Shown: positions 50,080-58,032 of the stretch, in pieces | Position numbering within the stretch: position 1 is the first letter of the stretch | Layout of the letters: every line of letters begins with the position of its first letter | DNA from: a virus | DNA length: 64,000 nt | Direction: 5' to 3' (one strand) | Virus record (IMG/VR): IMGVR_UViG_3300031688_000003 | Coordinates: 55,272 to 119,271 of that record | Program-made: the position numbers and the translations under genes | Notes under the pieces: generated by a model | Told to the model about the DNA's origin: nothing | Seen by the model: only the letters and a program-made list of their open reading frames with translations | Databases searched by the model: none

Positions 50080-50300
50080 TGGCAAAGTATAAAGTAATTA
50101 CAGAGTTTGATCAAACACAATCAAAGGGTAGAGTTTTTAATTGGAGAAAAATTAAAACAAGTCCTAAAGGTCAAGAACAAATGAAAGAAGCATATGATTT
50201 AGGATTAACTAGTTACATTGAAAAAATTGAAGACGTTAAACCTGAAGTTAAGAAAGTTGTAGTAAAGAAAGATAAAAAAGATGATTTAGAATCCTTATAA
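50079..50300 (+). CDS. Small hypothetical protein
   Basis: 73-aa ORF coupled by TAATG. Confidence 0.55.
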   Translation: MAKYKVITEFDQTQSKGRVFNWRKIKTSPKGQEQMKEAYDLGLTSYIEKIEDVKPEVKKVVVKKDKKDDLESL

Positions 50301-50301
50301 C

Positions 50302-50382
50302 ATGGCAAAGTGCAAATGTGGTAAAACAAAAGCTGAAGATGGGACCTGTGATGGTTCACATCAAGAAAGCTGTAAAAAATAA
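50302..50382 (+). CDS. Minimal CDGSH iron-sulfur motif peptide (26 aa, not in ORF track)
   Basis: MAKCKCGKTKAEDGTCDGSHQESCKK; fills the gap between two genes, starting 1 nt after the upstream stop. Confidence 0.75.
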   Translation: MAKCKCGKTKAEDGTCDGSHQESCKK

Positions 50383-50392
50383 ATAATTTATT

Positions 50393-50911
50393 ATGAAAAA
50401 TAACTATAGAATTGCTTTAAATAAAGCACATAAAGGTGTAGAACACCGTAAAATAAAAGCTCAAGATATTGGTGAGTACAACGTAGCACCAGGATATAAT
50501 TCAGCAATAATGGGACCTAGGCAACCAGTTATATCAGATGAGAATGTACAAATTACTAATCCTACACCAATATGGCCTGCTGATAAAACTCGTGCTGCAT
50601 ATGATGCTGGTGCAATTACAAATGATGGAGCTATGGGGATCACTTCAGGAGGTGAAGGATTTATGCCTTCAGGAGAAAGTATGCGTGATAATAGTTATGC
50701 TTCTGTTGATTCAAGATCTATGCTTGGAAATATTGGAACAAGAATAGGTAATATATTTAGATCAAATGAAAAAGATATAGACCCTAGAAGAAAAATAGTA
50801 GAACATGATGGTAGTTCATCTCCCATAAAGAAAAATATCAGGAAACAAGGAGGTACTACTAATTACCAAGCAGCATTAAAAGCCTATAAAAAAGGTGGCA
50901 ATGTCAAATAA
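50393..50911 (+). CDS. Hypothetical protein with C-terminal RKQGG and KKGG motifs
   Basis: 172-aa ORF in the late operon. Confidence 0.6.
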   Translation: MKNNYRIALNKAHKGVEHRKIKAQDIGEYNVAPGYNSAIMGPRQPVISDENVQITNPTPIWPADKTRAAYDAGAITNDGAMGITSGGEGFMPSGESMRDNSYASVDSRSMLGNIGTRIGNIFRSNEKDIDPRRKIVEHDGSSSPIKKNIRKQGGTTNYQAALKAYKKGGNVK

Positions 50912-51134
50912 AAATCCAGTGTCTAATAATAAGTTAAATTCTATTATGAGGCAAAACCGTGTGAGTAGAGTTAAAAAGCTTAATAATTCTAAAAGAACAA
51001 TTCCTAAGTCTGATTGTGCTATGATTATGAAAAATGGAGGTGATACTCATAAAATGCCTGATGGTACAGTACATGCAGGTAGATCACATGCTGAATATTT
51101 AAAGATGTTAAAGAACAAACCCAGCGGCTATTAA
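50901..51134 (+). CDS. Small basic protein with KNGG followed by a THKMPDGTVH His-rich motif
   Basis: ATG at 50901 preferred over GTG at 50895; last gene before the terminator. Confidence 0.55.
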   Translation: MSNKNPVSNNKLNSIMRQNRVSRVKKLNNSKRTIPKSDCAMIMKNGGDTHKMPDGTVHAGRSHAEYLKMLKNKPSGY

Positions 51135-51150
51135 GCTACTGGGTTCTTTC
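51119..51150 (+). terminator. Putative intrinsic terminator of the late operon
   Basis: ACCCAGCGGCT-ATTA-AGCTACTGGGT hairpin followed by TCTTTC, at the convergence point with the minus-strand block. Confidence 0.55.
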
Positions 51151-51207
51151 ATATATAGGAAAAAGTTGGTTTATGGAAGTCAAAACCTATATATAAGCGT
51201 TCTTTAA

Positions 51208-52068
51208 TTAAAAAATATATCTAATTGTGTTCCAGGGTATAATTTCATTATGTAGTTCTTTAAATTGTTTTATACTCTTTCTTTTAAATCTGTATTCATA
51301 TCTTATATTTTCTCCACCATATTGTGATATTTTAGTTTCTTGAATTTCTGGTTTCCATAGTGTAATCTCTGTCTCAGGATGATTTTCTGTATTAACTATA
51401 TGCTTTTTAAAATTGTGTGTAAGAAATATAACTTCAGACTTAACTTTATCTTTATTCTTTTTTTCTACTAAGCTATTAACTTCTTTAAACAGCATTTCAT
51501 AGTCTTCTAACCAAGTATCTGTAATAATGACTGGAGAAAAATTTATGTGTACGTCATATCCTGCTTCTATAAAAGTATTAATTGCTTTAATTCTATCAGT
51601 AATTTTAGATGTATTAGGTTCATGTATATCAGCCATCTTTTGTGGCATAAGGCTGAATCTGATTCTTATCTTACCTTCAGGATTAAATGATAGTAATTTT
51701 TTATTTACATATTTAGTTGCAAAAGACCCCATAGCAATAGGATGATCTTTAAAAAACTCAAATATTCTTTCCCACTCATGATATTTAGCATGTAAAGCAA
51801 AATCTTCATTACAACTTATATCATATGTAACAAAATCTGCGTGTGTTTGATTAGGTTTTTTAACAGTTGAGAAATATGCATGATTATTAACTTCTGTTAG
51901 GATGTCACCTGTGTTAGTTGCAACAGTTAATCCTTTTGGCTTATGTCTTTTCATGTAGCAATAGCTACAATCATAAAGACAACCGTGTCCAAAACTTGGA
52001 CTTATAAAATCTGTAGATCTACCAGATTCTCTTATTTTAAATGTCTTCCTTCTTATTTTTTGTATCAT
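51208..52068 (-). CDS. Spore photoproduct lyase-like radical SAM protein
   Basis: GCLYDCSYCY (CxxxCxxC); YDISCNEDF keeps the Cys equivalent to the SPL H-donor; FATKYVN, RIRFSL, HEPNTS..RIKAIN and NFSPVI follow the SplB pattern. Confidence 0.85.
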   Translation of the reverse strand: MIQKIRRKTFKIRESGRSTDFISPSFGHGCLYDCSYCYMKRHKPKGLTVATNTGDILTEVNNHAYFSTVKKPNQTHADFVTYDISCNEDFALHAKYHEWERIFEFFKDHPIAMGSFATKYVNKKLLSFNPEGKIRIRFSLMPQKMADIHEPNTSKITDRIKAINTFIEAGYDVHINFSPVIITDTWLEDYEMLFKEVNSLVEKKNKDKVKSEVIFLTHNFKKHIVNTENHPETEITLWKPEIQETKISQYGGENIRYEYRFKRKSIKQFKELHNEIIPWNTIRYIF

Positions 52069-52318
52069 CTATAGAAATTTTTAGTAAACATAGGTAACCT
52101 ATAAGATCATCTATAGTATCATATGTTGCTGGACATAAACCAGCATTTTGAATACGTGCAAGTTTATCATCTATCCTTGCACATATATTTTCTTTAGCTG
52201 AACCATTCCCAAATATATTACAGGGATTTGTAGCTGAGTCACCATAACTTTCATTTTTACTTAATAAAAGACTAGTAACCTCACTCATTATTTTTTTAAT
52301 TTTATATTCTGTTCTCAT
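52037..52318 (-). CDS. DUF1599-like (nucleotide-modification-associated) small protein
   Basis: LLLSKNESYGDS...RIDDKLARI...DTIDDLIGY pattern. Confidence 0.6.
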   Translation of the reverse strand: MRTEYKIKKIMSEVTSLLLSKNESYGDSATNPCNIFGNGSAKENICARIDDKLARIQNAGLCPATYDTIDDLIGYLCLLKISIDDTKNKKEDI

Positions 52319-52485
52319 TTTTTAACATTTTTAAAGTCAACATTAAATTCAGGTAAAGATAATCTTGCAGGTAATACAATTTCTAAATAACATTTATTAC
52401 ATACACTACCATCTTCTGAATTTTTAACAGGTGCAGGATTATTTCCATAACCTTCTATAATATTATTACATATAATACATTTCAT
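52315..52485 (-). CDS. Small CxxC...CxxC zinc-finger-like protein
   Basis: MKCIICNN...GNNPAP...VCNKC; ATG 52485 preferred because the longer track ORF overlaps 52491-52634. Confidence 0.55.
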   Translation of the reverse strand: MKCIICNNIIEGYGNNPAPVKNSEDGSVCNKCYLEIVLPARLSLPEFNVDFKNVKK

Positions 52486-52490
52486 AATAT

Positions 52491-52634
52491 TTATTTTTTT
52501 GTCCATACTGAGTAAACTTTTACGCCATTCTGAGTTACACATTCTAATTTTTTTTCTTCTTTACTTTCTTGAGATAATTTATCTCTATTTAAGTACTTAG
52601 GGTTCTTACTATTTAATTTTCTTTTTTTTGTCAT
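52491..52634 (-). CDS. Small basic hypothetical protein (47 aa, not in ORF track)
   Basis: MTKKRKLNSKNPKYLNRDKLSQESKEEKKLECVTQNGVKVYSVWTKK. Confidence 0.55.
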   Translation of the reverse strand: MTKKRKLNSKNPKYLNRDKLSQESKEEKKLECVTQNGVKVYSVWTKK

Positions 52635-52736
52635 TATGGTATTGAGTTAAGGTTAAACATATAGGGAAGGCTTTTCACTCTAGAGTAGTACACCCTTGCT
52701 AGTCAGCCTTCTTCTATATGACAATCATGTCAGTGA

Positions 52737-53606
52737 TTAAATTTTAAAATCTTTAAATGTATCATAATCTTGTGCTTCCATGTCAGCTAAACTATTTAAA
52801 TCTACATCAATTATATTATCATCTAAGTGACCTGCTTTATAATTTTTTAATAAAAATTCTGAAACATCTCTGTTTTTAATGTTTAAGTGACTTAATAATT
52901 CAGTAGTCATAAATTTATGAAATTTTTGTTGATTAGACATCCATGACCTTGGATGAGATGACTTAAGAGCATGTGTAACATGATTATAAAATGACCATGC
53001 ATTATTTAATGAACAACTATAATTAAAAGTTGGTTTATTCATTTCTCTTTTTATTGTTGACATTTGTGTTGCATCAATAATTTCTTCTTCAATAAATAAA
53101 CGACCTAGTAACTCAGATTGATCTTTTCTTGAAAGAGTATGATTCTTAAATTGATCTTTATCTTGAATTAATTGATTAAAATGCTTATGTGCATATTTAA
53201 CTTGTGAACCAATTTGACTTTGAACATCTAAATCTGCTGTTCCAGTATGTTTTCTTGCATATGAAGCCATGTCACCATGAATCATACCATTATTGCAAAC
53301 AAATACATATGCTCCTATTCCACACTGAAACCTTGTGCTTTTATCATATGAGTTTGTCCAGGCAAACATCATACCTAAATCATCATCATGTGTACTTACT
53401 ATTTGATAAATACCTTGTACTACTTTTGCACCTGCATTAGATCTGAATGACTTATTCTTTATAACAAAGTTATTCTCTTTTAATAGATTATCTGTATAAT
53501 CTATGATGCTTCTATGTGGAATAACTGTGTAAGTTTTTCCGTGTGTTGGTAGTTCTGCATTGCATAAATCTACCTCAGTAATTGTTGTTGGTTTTGTATA
53601 TCCCAT
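52737..53606 (-). CDS. DUF932 family protein
   Basis: WTNSYDKSTRFQCGIGAYVFVCNNGMI and AWSFYNHVTH match the DUF932 pattern. Confidence 0.75.
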   Translation of the reverse strand: MGYTKPTTITEVDLCNAELPTHGKTYTVIPHRSIIDYTDNLLKENNFVIKNKSFRSNAGAKVVQGIYQIVSTHDDDLGMMFAWTNSYDKSTRFQCGIGAYVFVCNNGMIHGDMASYARKHTGTADLDVQSQIGSQVKYAHKHFNQLIQDKDQFKNHTLSRKDQSELLGRLFIEEEIIDATQMSTIKREMNKPTFNYSCSLNNAWSFYNHVTHALKSSHPRSWMSNQQKFHKFMTTELLSHLNIKNRDVSEFLLKNYKAGHLDDNIIDVDLNSLADMEAQDYDTFKDFKI

Positions 53607-53620
53607 ATCCTTATTTTTTA

Positions 53621-53651
53621 CAAATATATAAATTAATTTTAATCAAACAAA
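53621..53651 (-). promoter_or_regulatory. Bacteroidota primary-sigma promoter for the DUF932 gene
   Basis: Minus strand TTTG-N19-TATATTTG, an exact match to the TTTG(-33)/TAnnTTTG(-7) consensus, 14 nt before the ATG. Confidence 0.75.
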
Positions 53652-55549
53652 CTTATTTGGTTTGTTTTAACTCCCAGAATGTTATTTATTTCTCTCTCAA
53701 TAGCATCTAAGTAATACTTTTGATTGATGTCATAATTTTCCCATTCTTGTTCTATCATGTTGTTGTTTACTGTTTGTAACCAACGACCAGCTTCTAATTG
53801 TATTTCTCTATTATCAGTCTTATTTACTTTAGTTATTTTAACACCTTTATTAGAAATAAAATATCTATTAATTTTCTGAAGTTCCTCTTCATATGGATGA
53901 CCATCTTTAATTGATCTTGCTATTTGTTTCCAGTTACCCTTGGATTTCCCTCCTATGCAATAATCTAATATGTTTTTATTTTGATTTATTGTATCTTCAG
54001 GTAATATTCCATTAACAAAATATGAGTAGATAGCTTTTGGTATTATAAGTTTTGATTTATTCTTGTGAAGTGCTAAATTCTTAAATTCAAATCTTCCCTT
54101 ACATTTTGTTTCACCATCATTATTTATTGCAATATAATTATTAACATCAGCAAGAACTATCTTTTTATATTGATCATGTTCAAGATTAAGATTAGTTATT
54201 TCTTCCCATTTTTTGCATACTTCCATATATAAGTCAATTTTAGACCTAGGTATGATTGTCTCAACACCATCAGTGTTTTGTAATAAAGGAATAGCTTCAG
54301 GTATTGCAAGCATTATCATTTCATAAAGCATCATTAATGTCAATTGACCATTTACAGTAATAAACATAGTAAACTGCGGGTCATACAGGAAAGAGTTCTT
54401 GTCATTAGATAAACCATATGTACTATTAAGTATAATTTTATATACATAATTCATAGGGTTACTCTTAGGGATTTTCTTTCTCTCCTCAAAGAACCATTCA
54501 TATAGTTCACAAAATGCTTTATTATCTAGATGTGCAGGTGCAATCTTATTCATGATAGCTAAGTTTGGATAGAAACTTGTAACATCAGATGACATTATAA
54601 TATTCTCTTCATCAGATTCATAAACACCAGGTCTAGCTGCTCCATGAGCTCCTCCTAAACCAAAATCTGTCTTAACTCCTTTATACTTAACAGAGTACTT
54701 AAAACCTCCTTTAGTATGAAGCGGGTCCAACTCAACAGCTTTAAATCTTTCTAGAAGATTTTTAAATTCAGGTGTTTCAAACTTAATATAGTCAAGTATA
54801 AGTCCATCAATCTTAATAACACTTCTAAATGTTCTTAGTTTTTTAAGTTCATACTTTGGTATCTTAAGTTCTTTGCTTAAATAATATGCAAATAACTCTT
54901 TACTGATACGTGGTTCAGATGCACTGTATAGATTAATGTTATATTGATCAGTAAGATTTTTTCTTAATTTGATTAAAGGTTTAGATCTATTAAAGATCTC
55001 TTTAGTTGCGTCTACATCATTAATACAATATCCAATTATAAGACTTAATTGTTGTTGAGTCTCTATTTTTGTTTCATGATGTATTGGCATATCAAGAATA
55101 TTATCCCAATCCATAGTATATTCAATCCATTTTAAACTAGAACGTTTAGCAGGATTATCCCAGTGATTAAGTTTAAAAACATCAATTTGTTGTATAGTCA
55201 TGTTCCACTCAGGAAAATCATGAAACTCTTTATTGTTAGAGTTAGTGATTGCTCTCTGTGCATAACCATATATTTCCTCAGCAATAGATTCACCATCCAT
55301 TAGCAATAAGTTCTTATGATTTTTTATTATATTGTGGGTCACTTGTGCATCAAATGCTAATCCATTATAGGATATGTGCCACTCTTTTTCTTCAAGATTT
55401 TGTTTTAGGAATTCACTAAACTTTGGATAATCATTTTGTAGTTTACATATAGAAAAGACGTGTGTCTCTTCAGTTTTATAATGTTTAAATACTGCTACAA
55501 AACAATTACATAAAGTTTCATAATCCATGACCCAGTGATTCATGGCCAT
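53639..55549 (-). CDS. polB: Family B DNA polymerase (crAss-like type)
   Basis: Exo I DYET, Exo II YNGLAFD; polymerase motifs SDVTSFYPN, KIILNSTYG, QNTDG. Confidence 0.9.
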   Translation of the reverse strand: MAMNHWVMDYETLCNCFVAVFKHYKTEETHVFSICKLQNDYPKFSEFLKQNLEEKEWHISYNGLAFDAQVTHNIIKNHKNLLLMDGESIAEEIYGYAQRAITNSNNKEFHDFPEWNMTIQQIDVFKLNHWDNPAKRSSLKWIEYTMDWDNILDMPIHHETKIETQQQLSLIIGYCINDVDATKEIFNRSKPLIKLRKNLTDQYNINLYSASEPRISKELFAYYLSKELKIPKYELKKLRTFRSVIKIDGLILDYIKFETPEFKNLLERFKAVELDPLHTKGGFKYSVKYKGVKTDFGLGGAHGAARPGVYESDEENIIMSSDVTSFYPNLAIMNKIAPAHLDNKAFCELYEWFFEERKKIPKSNPMNYVYKIILNSTYGLSNDKNSFLYDPQFTMFITVNGQLTLMMLYEMIMLAIPEAIPLLQNTDGVETIIPRSKIDLYMEVCKKWEEITNLNLEHDQYKKIVLADVNNYIAINNDGETKCKGRFEFKNLALHKNKSKLIIPKAIYSYFVNGILPEDTINQNKNILDYCIGGKSKGNWKQIARSIKDGHPYEEELQKINRYFISNKGVKITKVNKTDNREIQLEAGRWLQTVNNNMIEQEWENYDINQKYYLDAIEREINNILGVKTNQISLFD

Positions 55550-55653
55550 ATTACTACAATATTAGAAGATTTTATAGTTCCACCACAACTTGCACATAAC
55601 TTACCACTTGGAGTAGGAGAGCTTTCTCCACAATTACACTCGTATCTATTCAT
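55540..55653 (-). CDS. Small zinc-ribbon-like peptide (37 aa, not in ORF track)
   Basis: MNRYECNCGESSPTPSGKLCASCGGTIKSSNIVVIWP; overlaps the PolB start. Confidence 0.45.
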   Translation of the reverse strand: MNRYECNCGESSPTPSGKLCASCGGTIKSSNIVVIWP

Positions 55654-55661
55654 AATATTAT

Positions 55662-55856
55662 TTATTTAATTTTTTCAAATTTTAACTCTAACCACTCATA
55701 ACATGCCTGTGGTGTTTTTTTCTTTGTAGATGATGATTTTCTCCACGGACCTAACTTTGTTCTTTTATAAACATTAGCTTTCCAAAAGCTTCCTGATGGA
55801 TAAACTTCTATCCACATGTTTCTTTTAAGTAAATATTCTATGTCTGATTCTTCCAT
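55662..55856 (-). CDS. Small hypothetical protein
   Basis: 64-aa ORF in operon orientation. Confidence 0.55.
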   Translation of the reverse strand: MEESDIEYLLKRNMWIEVYPSGSFWKANVYKRTKLGPWRKSSSTKKKTPQACYEWLELKFEKIK

Positions 55857-55873
55857 GATTTATAATTTAAGAC

Positions 55874-55900
55874 AAAAAAAAGGGACACTAGGCCCCTTTT
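55874..55900 (-). terminator. Intrinsic terminator
   Basis: Minus strand AAAAGGGG-CCTAGTGT-CCCTTTTTTT hairpin with U-tract, downstream of 55920-56378. Confidence 0.7.
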
Positions 55901-55919
55901 CATGTCAATTTATATAATG

Positions 55920-56378
55920 TTATTTAATAACACTCATGTTAGACTCCATCATAGCAGGTTGTGCCTGAACTTGATTTTCTAACTCTTTTTCAATATGTTC
56001 AACAAAGTTGAAGCTGTCTGCATTTAAACAAAAGCCATTAAGGAATGTTTCAATTTCAGATTTTTCAGATAGATAGTATTCAGCATATGTTTCTATTAGC
56101 CTTCTTTCTTCTCTGAAATCTTTTCCATTTTCACGTTTTCCTAATTTTAATTTTTGTGGATCACCATTATCATCAAGCTTTGGTAGCATATGATAAGATT
56201 GTTTACATTGTTTTGAGATCACTGCAAGTATTTTACTGCTTGGATCAAAGATTGCTTCCATATAAGGGCAATCTGGGTTAATTGGAATTGCTTTAAAAGA
56301 CTTGTAAGGACCCCAATTTGATGAGATCAATAACATGCTTTTCTCTACATTGATAGTAGAATTTACTTTTTTTGCCAT
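55920..56378 (-). CDS. Hypothetical protein
   Basis: 152-aa ORF with an A-rich start context. Confidence 0.6.
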   Translation of the reverse strand: MAKKVNSTINVEKSMLLISSNWGPYKSFKAIPINPDCPYMEAIFDPSSKILAVISKQCKQSYHMLPKLDDNGDPQKLKLGKRENGKDFREERRLIETYAEYYLSEKSEIETFLNGFCLNADSFNFVEHIEKELENQVQAQPAMMESNMSVIK

Positions 56379-56395
56379 AATTTAAATTTAATTTG

Positions 56396-57016
56396 TTAAC
56401 TCTGCAAAGATATAAACTTTTGCTTAAATAGTTGTAATTCATTAGAGTTATATTTGAAACACTCTTTTTCTAGGTTAGGTAAGTCACATAATTCATGCAC
56501 TTCATGTATGTATTTAATGTCTACAGCTAATAATGCTGCATAATCTTCATGCCAATATATTGGATGTAAGAAACTTTCTACATATTCTGCAATTTTTCCA
56601 TGCTCACCAAAGAATTCAGTAATTAGTTCTTTTGTTTTTAATGATATTTTTGAATACTCTCCTTTAATTAATCTATTTATGTCATATTTATACTTAGTTA
56701 AGTCAAATATAACTGCTATTTTATTTTCATACTCTAAATTAAATTTTGCTTTGTAGCTTTTATTAGTTATTATATACTTCTCTTCAAATAACTTAAAACT
56801 AGATAGTTGTTTATCAGGAATATCATAAATACATACTAAATGATAGTCCTCTATATTATATACATCATCCCAACTCATGTAGGTTTCACAAGGTACAAAC
56901 TTTACCCCCTTCTTTATGTTTAGTAGAGGGTAAAGGAAGACTTTGCTTTTTTGAAAATAATCTTTATATAAGTCTTTCAAACTTTTTGTATTAGTTATAC
57001 TTACAGTGATAAACAT
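56396..57016 (-). CDS. Hypothetical protein
   Basis: 206-aa ORF in the replication operon. Confidence 0.6.
   Translation of the reverse strand: MFITVSITNTKSLKDLYKDYFQKSKVFLYPLLNIKKGVKFVPCETYMSWDDVYNIEDYHLVCIYDIPDKQLSSFKLFEEKYIITNKSYKAKFNLEYENKIAVIFDLTKYKYDINRLIKGEYSKISLKTKELITEFFGEHGKIAEYVESFLHPIYWHEDYAALLAVDIKYIHEVHELCDLPNLEKECFKYNSNELQLFKQKFISLQS
56404..56413 (-). promoter_or_regulatory. Bacteroidota -7 promoter element (TATCTTTGCA) inside the 3' end of the upstream gene
   Basis: Reverse complement of TGCAAAGATA; about 25 nt before ATG 56378; no clear -33 TTTG. Confidence 0.5.
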
Positions 57017-57019
57017 TAA

Positions 57020-58030
57020 TTATAAATGTACATTTCCTTTTAAGAAATCATATGGTAATTCATATCTACACTCTGTATAATGGAAGTTAATCATTTCTAG
57101 TATTTTATGCAAATTATCTGTCCATTGATTTAATGTAGCACTTGATACATCAAAAGCATAGGTTTGATCATATTTATCTATGACTACAAACTTAAAAGAA
57201 ATTTTATAACTGCTTGCTATTTCCTGAGAAACATTTTTACCAACTAGTATAACATAGATAGCTGCTTGAAGCCAATATCTATAGAACTCTAATGTATCAG
57301 GAAAATCTGTCAAACTTTTACCTGAAGTTTTTAAGTCAATAATAGTAATAGTCTTTGTCTCATGATCAATAACATATCTATCTACATAACCATGAAGTCC
57401 AAACTTATACTTAACAAGATCACAAGTCAAATACTTTTCATTAAATACTTCTAGATTATCCATTTCAAAATCAGTTACCTCATTAGTAAACAATTTCATT
57501 ATAGAATCATTAGATTTCATTAATGAAACTCTTTCAGTAGCTTTAGTTAACATATCATTATCTATTACATCTTTACCTGCTGATGTACGTATAAATTTAA
57601 GATAGTTTTCATTATCTACTGTTTGAATTTTAGCAACTTTCTTTGAATCATCTTTCATAGATTGATATAAATTTTCATTTATCAATGCTTGTATGATTTC
57701 TGGTTCAAGATCTTCTAGAGTTTCAGATATAGTTTCACTAGGAAGGATGGGTAATCTACTCTTAATATCATTAAGAACCCTACGCACTGCATCTGAAGGC
57801 AATTTACCAGGAGTTACAGAAAACTCTTCATAGAGCTTCTCAGGCTGTAACAGCATCAAGTGAAGAAGTTTACCCTCCACTAGATGTTTATCTGTTCTAA
57901 CCTCTTTTTCCTGTAGTATGTACTCTTTATAGAATATTTTAGGAGAAAACAATAGTCTGTTCATTGATGAATAACTAAAGTTGAATTCTTTATCCATGAA
58001 TTCCTTTTCTTTCTGTTTATTTATTTTCAT
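57020..58030 (-). CDS. PD-(D/E)xK (RecB/Cas4-like) exonuclease
   Basis: FSYSSMN at the N-terminus; GLHGYVDRY...IIDLKTSG; YWLQAAIY. Confidence 0.8.
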   Translation of the reverse strand: MKINKQKEKEFMDKEFNFSYSSMNRLLFSPKIFYKEYILQEKEVRTDKHLVEGKLLHLMLLQPEKLYEEFSVTPGKLPSDAVRRVLNDIKSRLPILPSETISETLEDLEPEIIQALINENLYQSMKDDSKKVAKIQTVDNENYLKFIRTSAGKDVIDNDMLTKATERVSLMKSNDSIMKLFTNEVTDFEMDNLEVFNEKYLTCDLVKYKFGLHGYVDRYVIDHETKTITIIDLKTSGKSLTDFPDTLEFYRYWLQAAIYVILVGKNVSQEIASSYKISFKFVVIDKYDQTYAFDVSSATLNQWTDNLHKILEMINFHYTECRYELPYDFLKGNVHL

Positions 58031-58032
58031 AA

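Noticed and set aside
52670-52710. Hammerhead ribozyme (CUGA...GAAA on the minus strand)
   Set aside because: Core reads CUGACUA, not CUGANGA, and no third stem with a UH cleavage site is evident
57020-58030. Cas4-like nuclease as evidence of a CRISPR-Cas locus
   Set aside because: No array or other cas genes; stand-alone PD-(D/E)xK exonucleases are routine in phage replication modules
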